This document shows, piece by piece, positions 9,247 through 16,932 of a stretch of 64,000 bases of DNA. The first letter of the stretch is position 1. Every line of letters begins with the position of its first letter. Below the pieces are notes generated by a model, which was not told the DNA's origin, searched no databases, and saw only the letters and a program-made list of their open reading frames with translations. Source of the DNA: Candidatus Omnitrophota bacterium (lineage in GTDB: Bacteria > Omnitrophota > Gorgyraeia > Zapsychrales > Fredricksoniimonadaceae); NCBI GenBank assembly GCA_903944345.1, contig CAJARJ010000021.1, forward strand, positions 5,528-69,527. The letters are read 5' to 3'. The position numbers and the translations under genes were made by a program.

Positions 9247-10660
9247 GCATGTGTCAGAGAAGGGCGCGTTAATGCGAGTAAGAAGAAAAAAGTTCGCTAT
9301 TCTGCAACTTATTCCCAAGCATCAGAACATGCTGCCGAATCAGTTGGTCAGAGCACTGTCTTTACTCAAATATCATCAGGTCGAATATGCTGTTTATGAT
9401 CTGGAGGCTTCGCTGGAGGCCGAGGCGGGGCAGGCGGTCGCTTCTCTTTTTGCAAAGATCAGGGAAGACGAGGTTGTTGTTTCCCTGGCTTGTCATTACA
9501 ATTATCCCAAATTGACCAGCCTAGTGCTTTTGTTTATGTACCAAGGCCTGTTGAAGGGCAAGCAGATTCATGTGTGTTCGCCGTATCTGTCTTTTTATCC
9601 GGTCAAACAGATTTGTTGCGAGAATATGTTTTTTCATTTTGTCGAGATCGATGAGTTTCTGGTTTCGTATTCAGGGTGGCCTTTTGTAGCTGAGGGCCTG
9701 TTGCTCAAGCCAATGGCTGAAGTTCTACGTGATCAGAATTACACGAATCGTGAATTCTGGACGCATCTGACCTGGGGGTGTCGTTCCTCCTGTTCTTTTT
9801 GTCATAATTGGGCGACAGCCAAGGGCAGAGAGCGGCTTGTCTATTCTGGGTACGATGAGGTGCTTTCCTTGATGCAGACGGCTCGTGCGCTTGGTGCGCG
9901 CAAATTTCAGTTTGCCGATCCTGACTTTCTGGGGGATGCTGCCTATGTTGGAGGGTTTCTTGAAAAGCTGACGGAGGCGGGTGGGTTCTTGCCCTGGCGA
10001 GCCAAGGCAAGGTTAGACAGGATCAATGAGTCAATGTATGAAAAAATGCTTGCTGCGGGGTGTGATCGTATATTCTTTGGTGTGGAGCATGTATCTTCTC
10101 GAATGTTAGACAGGGTCAATAAAGGTGAGAATACTCCGCGGCTGCTTTTGGACTTTATAAAATATTGGGGAACACGCGTGCAGCTCGATGTTTCTTTTCT
10201 CACAGGAATACGTGAAGAGACGGTGTCCGAGTTAAGAGAAAATATTCGTTATATATCCAGAATAGACAAGATTCGCGGGATAGAGGCTTATTTGGGGTAT
10301 GTGATTCTGTATTCCGGGTCTGCACGCAAAGTGGCTTTTAGCGATTATCTGGTGGCCTTTCTGCTGGTTTGCAATATGTTGCCCGAGGAATGGGAAATTG
10401 GGCAGGACTTTCTCAGAAGATTGTTGCAACTCTGTCAGCAAGAGCCCTTTTTTGGCTTTTTTATTCTTACCGAGAATGACCATAGTTTAGCGTTGTTCCA
10501 AGAACTGCTCCGGCAGAATAAGGCGGATATTGCGCCGGATTTTCTTTCAGATTTCGCCAGATTGTGGACATCGGTGGATGGGCGGCTCGCGAAGATTGTT
10601 GCGGGATCAAAGACGACAGGGGAGGTTAACCAAAAGATAGATCAATGGCTACTGAAGTAA
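9233..10660 (+). CDS. B12-binding-domain radical SAM protein (class B rSAM-like); paralog of 19289..20668
   Basis: WGCRSSCSFC cluster motif (CxxxCxFC) after a ~170-aa N-terminal domain consistent with a cobalamin-binding fold. FQFADPDFLGD block shared with the paralog (FKFRDPDFLGV). Confidence 0.65.
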   Translation: MRRPEHVSEKGALMRVRRKKFAILQLIPKHQNMLPNQLVRALSLLKYHQVEYAVYDLEASLEAEAGQAVASLFAKIREDEVVVSLACHYNYPKLTSLVLLFMYQGLLKGKQIHVCSPYLSFYPVKQICCENMFFHFVEIDEFLVSYSGWPFVAEGLLLKPMAEVLRDQNYTNREFWTHLTWGCRSSCSFCHNWATAKGRERLVYSGYDEVLSLMQTARALGARKFQFADPDFLGDAAYVGGFLEKLTEAGGFLPWRAKARLDRINESMYEKMLAAGCDRIFFGVEHVSSRMLDRVNKGENTPRLLLDFIKYWGTRVQLDVSFLTGIREETVSELRENIRYISRIDKIRGIEAYLGYVILYSGSARKVAFSDYLVAFLLVCNMLPEEWEIGQDFLRRLLQLCQQEPFFGFFILTENDHSLALFQELLRQNKADIAPDFLSDFARLWTSVDGRLAKIVAGSKTTGEVNQKIDQWLLK

Positions 10661-12237
10661 AACAAAACAATAAAAGTGGTTTTAGGGTTTCTACAGACGG
10701 CCTCTTTCTGCTGATGCAGCTTTGCGTTGCTTTGGGTGGCGGGCTGATCCTTGCCTGGGCATTAGCTGCCTGGGGAATCGGGATCAATAGTGATTCTGAG
10801 GCGTATCATGTTATGTCCCGGTGTTTGTCGGAGAAAGAGGGAGCTTTTAATGCTGTACCGGATTGTAAAACGCTGTCCCTGCATTTTCCTCCATTGTATC
10901 CGTTGCTAATTTCATTGATGCGTGGCTGGACCGAGAGTTTTATGGAGCGTTCGGCGGGATTGAATGTTTTTCTTTATTCGGGAAGCATTTTTGTTTCCGG
11001 AAGCTTGTTTAAAAGGCTTACCGGCTTGCCGTTTATGGGGCCCGCCGGAGCCCTGCTTGTTGCTGTTGCCCCGGTGGTTGTCAAGGCGCATACGGAAGCC
11101 ATGACTGAGGCCGTGTTTATATTCCTTACGTTGGCCGGCTTGTTCTTCTTTTTATGTTATTTGGAAAGAACCAGTTATTGGCGGTTGCTGGCAGCAGGGG
11201 TTCTCACCGGGTTATCGTTATTGTGCCGTTTTGCCGGACTGACTACCATTTTGGCGATGATGGTGACGATAGTTCTTTTTAAATCGCAACAAAGAAAGCC
11301 AGCGATTTTTGATTCTGTATTTTTTGTGCTGATAGCGTTGATGCCTATGGGGGGGTGGTGGATCAGGAATTTTTTTGATTACGGATTGTCGCTGGATCGG
11401 ATTGTTGTTTTTCATCCGCCAGGATGGTCTGGGTGGAGTGAGGCGTCCGGGGTTTTTTGTATGTGGCTCATGAGTCCGGTTTTCTGTTCTTTTATAAAAG
11501 AGATTGTTTTGTTGCTGGGATTCGTTGTTTTTTTTCTATTCTGCTGGCGGATTGGTAAGGCGCTGGCACTCAGGAACACAAAAGATACGGAAATTTTTCT
11601 TTTTTGGTCTTTTATGGCGGTTATGGCGATCTTGTTTTACCTGATTGGACTGGTGTTGACGATTTCCTGGCTGGACGGGTATATGACTTTGTCGCGAAGG
11701 TATTTGTTGCCGGTTTATGTTTTTGCAATGATCCTTTTTCCGGCATGGTTGCTCAGAAGAACGATCTGTTGCCAGGCGTCAGGCTCCTTGAGAGTGTTTC
11801 TGGGAAAGGTCTTACTTGTCTATTGGGTGTTTTTCAATTGTTCGGTTTCTGTTACCTGGTTGTGGCAGCAGCACTCACGCGGGAGTGGTTATGCGAGCCG
11901 TAACTGGCGGCAATCACCAACGATGCAGGAGCTCTGCCGACTGTCGCGTGAACATGTGATTTTCACCAACCTCAAGGCAGCAGCAGTAATTCATTCGGGT
12001 GCCCGCATATTTGAGATTCCGTGGTTGTCAGATCCGATGAACAGCCGCATGAATGCTCATTACCAGCAAGAACTAGAACAAATGGTGCGGCAGATAAAGG
12101 CGGGTAACGGCCTGCTGGTCTATTTCGATCAAGCTCCGAGTGACTTGCCGATTGAGTCTGCGCAGGTTCTGACGGAACGGTTGTCTTTGCGCATGGTGGC
12201 AAAGTTTGCTGACGGGGCGGTTTATTTGCCGGAATAA
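10645..12237 (+). CDS. GT-C-fold polytopic membrane glycosyltransferase-like protein (ArnT/PMT family-like)
   Basis: 530 aa with ~11-13 TM helices, an acidic first extracytoplasmic loop (INSDSEAYHV) and a ~110-aa hydrophilic C-terminal region, as in GT39/GT83 enzymes. It sits directly upstream of two Thr/Asn-rich secreted repeat proteins. Confidence 0.45.
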   Translation: MATEVKQNNKSGFRVSTDGLFLLMQLCVALGGGLILAWALAAWGIGINSDSEAYHVMSRCLSEKEGAFNAVPDCKTLSLHFPPLYPLLISLMRGWTESFMERSAGLNVFLYSGSIFVSGSLFKRLTGLPFMGPAGALLVAVAPVVVKAHTEAMTEAVFIFLTLAGLFFFLCYLERTSYWRLLAAGVLTGLSLLCRFAGLTTILAMMVTIVLFKSQQRKPAIFDSVFFVLIALMPMGGWWIRNFFDYGLSLDRIVVFHPPGWSGWSEASGVFCMWLMSPVFCSFIKEIVLLLGFVVFFLFCWRIGKALALRNTKDTEIFLFWSFMAVMAILFYLIGLVLTISWLDGYMTLSRRYLLPVYVFAMILFPAWLLRRTICCQASGSLRVFLGKVLLVYWVFFNCSVSVTWLWQQHSRGSGYASRNWRQSPTMQELCRLSREHVIFTNLKAAAVIHSGARIFEIPWLSDPMNSRMNAHYQQELEQMVRQIKAGNGLLVYFDQAPSDLPIESAQVLTERLSLRMVAKFADGAVYLPE

Positions 12238-12408
12238 AACCCGGCTAACTGGAGCATGAGAGGAATAGATATTCGTTATTGTCTGAAATGGTTATATTTA
12301 TAGCATTTCTTGCCTGGGAGCCAGCAAATGTATAGTATTCTTTCAGGAAAGGAGAATGGAAAGCCTTTTCTGTTTTGTCTCTGAGCAGCCAACATTGAGT
12401 GGTCTTGC

Positions 12409-12437
12409 TTGACAGCCTTTCTTGTTGAGTGTTAAAC
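12409..12437 (+). promoter_or_regulatory. Candidate sigma70-like promoter for the repeat-protein genes
   Basis: TTGACA (12409-12414), 17-nt spacer, TTAAAC (12432-12437); the Shine-Dalgarno AAGAGGGG sits ~5 nt upstream of the ATG at 12457. Confidence 0.3.
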
Positions 12438-12456
12438 TTAATCAGAAAGAGGGGTT

Positions 12457-13005
12457 ATGCTCAAACTATTGATTTCCATTGTTTTGTATTTTTTCTCGTG
12501 CGCAGCGGCTTGGTCGGAGGAAATTATTCTGACCACCTTTTATCCGCCCCCTAGCGGGCAGTTTTTGAATCTGACTGTGTTGGGCACTTTGGGTGTAGTG
12601 AACATCAATATTACGGGAACACTGACTATCGCCACTTTAAATGTCACGGGGAATGCTTCAGTTGGTGGAACTTTGAATGCTCGCAATACAACGCTTGGCG
12701 CAACGCTGAACGTGACCGGGGCCACAACTCTTGCCAGCACCCTGAGTGCCGGAGCCACCTCGATTAATGGGACATTGAACGTGAGTGGGCTAACAACGCT
12801 GGGTGCTCTGAGTGCTGCAGCCACCACGGTTAACGGGACTTTGAATGTGACCGGGGCCACCGTAATTACTGGCGCGTTAAATGCTCGGGCGACGACAGTT
12901 AACGGGACTCTGAATGTGAGCGGGGCCATGACCAGTGGTGGGATGTCCGCAGGAGGTTTTACGACAGCGGGGACAACCCAATGCGGTTCTTTGAATCTGT
13001 ATTGA
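12457..13005 (+). CDS. Secreted Thr/Asn/Gly-rich tandem-repeat protein (predicted beta-solenoid and/or glycoprotein)
   Basis: Signal peptide MLKLLISIVLYFFSCAAAWS, then conserved TTFYPPPSGQF, then repeats of the type (A/T)TT(I/V)NGTLNVTG(A/V)TTL. Most Asn lie in N-x-T sequons. Confidence 0.6.
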   Translation: MLKLLISIVLYFFSCAAAWSEEIILTTFYPPPSGQFLNLTVLGTLGVVNINITGTLTIATLNVTGNASVGGTLNARNTTLGATLNVTGATTLASTLSAGATSINGTLNVSGLTTLGALSAAATTVNGTLNVTGATVITGALNARATTVNGTLNVSGAMTSGGMSAGGFTTAGTTQCGSLNLY

Positions 13006-13089
13006 AGGTTGATCTTTTGGGATCTTCTTTTCGGAAACGCCTTGCGTGTGTTTTATGCAAATGTTAAGCTTTGTATTAGAAAGGGTCGC

Positions 13090-13644
13090 ATGGCAAAAAT
13101 CTGGGGTTTACTGCTTTTTATAGTTCTCTCCGCTAGCAGAGCCTGGTCGGATAACCTGGTTTTGACTACATTTTATCCGGCTCCAAACGGGCAGTATTTC
13201 AATATGAATGTAACGGGCACTCTGTCGGCCAATAATCTGACAGTTACCGGAACATTGACCGCTGCCACATTGAATGTGACCGGAAACATGACCGTTGGTG
13301 GTGCATTGAGTGTTACCGGGGCCACAACAATCAACGGGACGTTAAACGTAACGGGGGTCACAACGCTGAATGTTTTGAATGCCCGTAATACAACAATTAA
13401 TGGGACGTTAAACGTAACGGGGGTCACAACCCTTAGCACTCTGATTGCGGCCGCCACAACAATCAACGGGACGCTGAACGTGACCGGGGCCGCAACGCTT
13501 GCCAGCACTCTAAGTGCCGGTGCGACAACGGTGAACGGTGGGCTGGGTGTTACCGGAAATTCGACAGTAGGCGGCACGGTAACTGCCACCGGGTTTACAA
13601 CAGGGGGAACCCTGACGACCAATCGGCTGATTATTTGTCCCTGA
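13090..13644 (+). CDS. Secreted Thr/Asn/Gly-rich tandem-repeat protein, paralog of 12457..13005
   Basis: Start moved to the internal ATG at 13090, which has an AAGGG RBS (track ORF starts at 13009). Signal peptide MAKIWGLLLFIVLSASRAWS; conserved TTFYPAPNGQY; ~22-aa repeats VTGxTTLxxLxAxxTTINGTLN; 13 of ~21 Asn in N-x-T. Confidence 0.6.
   Translation: MAKIWGLLLFIVLSASRAWSDNLVLTTFYPAPNGQYFNMNVTGTLSANNLTVTGTLTAATLNVTGNMTVGGALSVTGATTINGTLNVTGVTTLNVLNARNTTINGTLNVTGVTTLSTLIAAATTINGTLNVTGAATLASTLSAGATTVNGGLGVTGNSTVGGTVTATGFTTGGTLTTNRLIICP
13230..13560. repeat. Intragenic near-identical tandem DNA repeats (~33 and ~66 nt units) encoding the NGTLNVTG repeats
   Basis: The units GGGACGTTAAACGTAACGGGGGTCACAAC and AACGGGACG(C/T)T(A/G)AACGT(A/G)AC(C/G)GGGG recur within 13.3-13.5 kb. 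A similar set lies at 12.6-12.93 kb in the upstream paralog. Confidence 0.55.
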
Positions 13645-13653
13645 TTCCATCAA

Positions 13654-14091
13654 ATGCGGGAGAACTTCATGAAGAAATTATTGCAAACGGCGGGCTGGGT
13701 CAGGCTGCCGGTTCAAACAGCTGTTTATCCTGTGCAGACAATTTATTCTGCCGGGTATGTTTTTCTAGATCGGGCCTATTTCTATCTGGAACCGGATGGC
13801 AAGAATGCTGTGTCCGTATGGATGAGTCCAAAAAAGAAAACAGATGATCTGGAATTGCTGGCCAAGGAGTTTTATCAGGAATTGCTTAATTACGCGCACT
13901 ATTTTATCAGCCTTAAGTCTAATGGAGATCACGTCAGGCTTTTGTTGCAGAGAGCGCTTTTTTCTGCCGCGCCTTCATTGGTCAAGGAGGCTGAAGAGCG
14001 CGAAATTCAGCAACTGATCAAGGAACTGGAGCAGGAGGATTTGTCGGCTTCGAAGAAGAAACAGAGCAAGAAGCCACCCGCTTCGACTTAG
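13654..14091 (+). CDS. Hypothetical protein (possible HxsD-like accessory protein of the maturase cassette)
   Basis: 145 aa, with a hydrophilic, Lys/Glu-rich C-terminus. It is first in the co-directional run 13654 > 14122 > 15092 > 16485 > 16933 with short gaps or overlaps. The functional call rests on position only. Confidence 0.35.
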   Translation: MRENFMKKLLQTAGWVRLPVQTAVYPVQTIYSAGYVFLDRAYFYLEPDGKNAVSVWMSPKKKTDDLELLAKEFYQELLNYAHYFISLKSNGDHVRLLLQRALFSAAPSLVKEAEEREIQQLIKELEQEDLSASKKKQSKKPPAST

Positions 14092-14121
14092 AATTGTACT
14101 TGTAGCAAGCGGGAACGGGAG

Positions 14122-15111
14122 TTGATTATGAGCGTTGCGATTGCCCCGGAGATGCAGAATCTTTTTAGCAGGCCGGCAGAAAAATTTGCCAAAAGAGTGG
14201 TTGTTTTTACAGGATTCAATTGTTCCAATAAATGCTGTTTTTGTGCGGTTGAGTCTAAGCGTCCGGCCGTAGATAAGACGACCGAAGAAGTTCTGCGGGA
14301 GATGGCGCGTGCTTACGAGCGGGGCGCCCGGCAACTGGTGCTTTCCGGAGGGGAATGCACTTTAAGAAAAGATATTGTTGATTTGGTGCGGGCCGCCCGT
14401 CAAAAAGGCTTTGTGGATGTGCATATTCAGAGCAATGGTCGAAGGTTTTCTGATATCGGGTTTTGCAAGGAAATGTTTGCGGCAGGCATGAGTTATCTAG
14501 GGACATCGATTCATGGCCCTAGCGGCGCGGTGCATGATGATTTGACCGCAAGGCCGGGCAGTCTGCGTGAAGTTGTTGAAGGCATTCATAATCTTAAAAG
14601 GCTTGCCCGGGGACGTATTGGCATTGCGATTAACTCGGTCATGGTCCGGCAGAATTTTGCTTTATTACCAGAGACAGCCAGTCTTTTAGTCAGATTACGG
14701 CCGGATTTGCTGCAGTTCGCGTTTGTGCATGCTTGCGGCTTTACAGAAGAGCGTTTCAGAAGATTTGTTCCCAGAAAGACGGACGTTGTTGCCTATGTCA
14801 AGCAGGGAGTAGATATAGCTGTTGGCGCAGGGATTCCGGTTATGGTGGAGGCAATTCCTTACTGTCTTTTGACCGGCTATGAGAAGCATTGTTCGGATCG
14901 GTTTATTCCCTCTACGGATGTGATTGAGCCGGGACGGGAAATTTTGAATTACGAGCAGGTTCGGCTTCGCAGCAGCAAACGCAAGTTTGCCCGTTGCCTG
15001 GACTGTCGTTTTGATGCGATTTGTGAAGGGCCGTGGCAGCAGTATCCTGAGCATTATGGAGATGAGGAATTCCAACCGGTAGAGGCAGAGTATGTCAACC
15101 AGAGAGCTTGA
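14122..15111 (+). CDS. Radical SAM protein (HxsC-like candidate)
   Basis: FNCSNKCCFC cluster motif; SGGECTL SAM-binding block; C-terminal Cys pairs (CLDCRFDAIC). Overlaps the next gene by 20 nt. Confidence 0.75.
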   Translation: MIMSVAIAPEMQNLFSRPAEKFAKRVVVFTGFNCSNKCCFCAVESKRPAVDKTTEEVLREMARAYERGARQLVLSGGECTLRKDIVDLVRAARQKGFVDVHIQSNGRRFSDIGFCKEMFAAGMSYLGTSIHGPSGAVHDDLTARPGSLREVVEGIHNLKRLARGRIGIAINSVMVRQNFALLPETASLLVRLRPDLLQFAFVHACGFTEERFRRFVPRKTDVVAYVKQGVDIAVGAGIPVMVEAIPYCLLTGYEKHCSDRFIPSTDVIEPGREILNYEQVRLRSSKRKFARCLDCRFDAICEGPWQQYPEHYGDEEFQPVEAEYVNQRA

Positions 15112-16501
15112 GTTTTTTGTTGTTCCCTACAACTCGAAGAAAATAGGCCAGCGGCATCTTGTGTCCAACAAGCTAGGCGGGTGGGCTTTTCTTGATCACA
15201 AGGACTTTGCGACGCTTTCTTCTCTGGATTGTCAGCCCGGCACGGAGCTTTTTGAGCGTTTGCGAAACGCCGGGGTGGTGGCGGATGTATCTAATATCGG
15301 GTCTTTGTTGAGCGGTTACCGCAAAATGAACCAGAATCTTTTTTCAGATACCAGTCTGCACATTGCAGTCGTGACGACTCGTTGCAATTTGGCCTGTCAA
15401 TATTGTCAGGCTCGGCCAGAGTCGGGCGAGGATATGTCCCCTGAGGTTGCCTCACGTGTCCTGAAATATCTTTTTGATGTCCGCAATCCTTCGGTCATGC
15501 TGGAATTTCAGGGCGGGGAGCCGCTAATGAATTGGCCGGTTGTTTCTCTTTTAACGGAGCATGCGCGCAAATTCAATACGTCCGGCAAGCAGTTGCAGAT
15601 TGCCATGGTCAGCAATTTCTTATTGTTGACCGAGGAGCAGATCAAGTTTCTTGTCGAGCACGAGGTTAATCTTTGTACGTCTCTGGATGGGCCGGAAGAT
15701 TTACATGATCAGAACCGGAAGGATTGGGCTGGCAAGGGGACTTACAAGGAATTAATGCGCAAAGTGGATCTTGTGCGCAAGAAATTCAACTGGCCGGTGC
15801 ACATGCTTCCGACGATTACCAGAGCTTCGCTCAAACACGCGCGCCGGATTATCGATGAGTATGTGCGTCAGGGGCAGCTGGAAATCTGCCTGCGTCCAGT
15901 GAATGATATGGGGGCGGCGCGTTGTTCCTGGAAGAGTCTGGGATATACGCCGGAAGAGTTTCTTGCTTTCTATCGGGAAGCCTGCGAATATATTTTTGAG
16001 TTGAATCGCAAGGGGATTGCCGTTCGGGAGCGAATGGCCAGAGTTCTTATGACCAAGGCTCTTTTTAAAGAAGATCCGCGCTATGTAGATGTGATGAATC
16101 CCTGTGGGGCCGGCAGAGTGGTTATGACGTATATGCCGGATGGTGGCTGCTTTCCTTGTGACGAAGCCCGGATGGTAGGCGGGGATCTTTTTAAACTGGG
16201 GAATATTTTAAAGGACGACTATAAAGATGTTATTTGTAGTGAGAACCTTTTGAATCTTTTGCAGTCTTCCTGTTCGGATCTTTGGCAAAGCGCTTCAGTT
16301 TACAGCCCTTGGACGGGATATTGTCCGGTCGTTAATTACGCGACTCAGCAGAATGTGATTGCAAAGTCAGCCTGTTCCCAGGCCCAGAGAATTTTGGAGG
16401 GGCAGTTTGATTATCTTTTCGAGAAACTGGAACAGGGTGGGGAAAACGAAATGTTTTTAAGGGAATGGGCGAAAGGAATGGCGCATGAAGAAAAAAAATA
16501 A
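15092..16501 (+). CDS. Radical SAM / SPASM-domain peptide-maturase-like protein (HxsB-like candidate)
   Basis: TTRCNLACQYCQ preceded by a ~90-aa N-terminal extension that may bind the precursor; GGEPLMN block. C-terminal auxiliary-cluster Cys pattern CGAGRVV...DGGCFPCDE...WTGYCPV...CS, typical of SPASM enzymes (anSME- and sactisynthase-like). Overlaps the start of the first precursor. Confidence 0.8.
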   Translation: MSTRELEFFVVPYNSKKIGQRHLVSNKLGGWAFLDHKDFATLSSLDCQPGTELFERLRNAGVVADVSNIGSLLSGYRKMNQNLFSDTSLHIAVVTTRCNLACQYCQARPESGEDMSPEVASRVLKYLFDVRNPSVMLEFQGGEPLMNWPVVSLLTEHARKFNTSGKQLQIAMVSNFLLLTEEQIKFLVEHEVNLCTSLDGPEDLHDQNRKDWAGKGTYKELMRKVDLVRKKFNWPVHMLPTITRASLKHARRIIDEYVRQGQLEICLRPVNDMGAARCSWKSLGYTPEEFLAFYREACEYIFELNRKGIAVRERMARVLMTKALFKEDPRYVDVMNPCGAGRVVMTYMPDGGCFPCDEARMVGGDLFKLGNILKDDYKDVICSENLLNLLQSSCSDLWQSASVYSPWTGYCPVVNYATQQNVIAKSACSQAQRILEGQFDYLFEKLEQGGENEMFLREWAKGMAHEEKK

Positions 16502-16916
16502 TCAGCAGCAAGCGCGCCCGAGAATTCCGCGTTCTCTGAGGCTATTTATCCGGGATGAAGAGGGGTTTGTCAGCAAAGAAACTATTTTGAATGTCGGATT
16601 GACGGCGATAGGTGTGGTCGGGCTGTTGGGAATTTCTTCTGATGTGGTCAATGCCGCGCACTCCAGTCACGCTTCACATTCCAGTTCCGGTGGCGAACAT
16701 GGCAGCACGACAATACCGGGGACAAGCTATGCCATGACCGCGCATATTAATGATGTTGTCTATCCCGCTACACCGGCCGGAGGATCCTGCATGGAGCTAA
16801 GTCCACCGACGCATTCCAATGTTGCGGCAACGCATTGCAACCGGGCGGCTGTGCATGGAAGCTCCATATCAACGCATACGAATGTTACGCCGCATGCAAA
16901 TCATGACTCGTATTAG
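16485..16916 (+). CDS. His-rich precursor-like protein A1 (His-Xaa-Ser/Asn triplets; HxsA-like)
   Basis: 143 aa. Basic N-region MKKKNNQQQARPRIPRSLRLFIRDEEGFVSKET, hydrophobic segment ILNVGLTAIGVVGLLGI, a VNA|AHS site, then a core AHSSHASHSSSGGEHG...GGSCMEL...THCN...HANHDSY with 11 His in 88 aa and 2 Cys. Confidence 0.65.
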   Translation: MKKKNNQQQARPRIPRSLRLFIRDEEGFVSKETILNVGLTAIGVVGLLGISSDVVNAAHSSHASHSSSGGEHGSTTIPGTSYAMTAHINDVVYPATPAGGSCMELSPPTHSNVAATHCNRAAVHGSSISTHTNVTPHANHDSY

Positions 16917-16932
16917 CAAAGCGAGAGGATAT

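Noticed and set aside
11330-11420. WWIRNFFDYG segment in the GT-C protein resembling the STT3/PglB WWDYG oligosaccharyltransferase motif
   Set aside because: The motif is interrupted. The protein is only 530 aa and lacks the large C-terminal periplasmic domain of AglB/PglB/STT3. ArnT/PMT-like GT-C is more consistent with the rest of the sequence.
12540-13622. Long antisense ORFs 12540..12929 and 13173..13622 inside the repeat-protein genes
   Set aside because: These are an artefact of the periodic, stop-poor repeat DNA. The sense-strand proteins have signal peptides, RBSs and a conserved N-terminal motif.
16819-16932. 5' extension of precursor A2 (track ORF starting at 16819)
   Set aside because: The extension overlaps the 3' end of A1 in another frame. 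A strong RBS (GAGAGGA) precedes the internal ATG at 16933, and A2 then aligns residue-for-residue with A1 from Met1.
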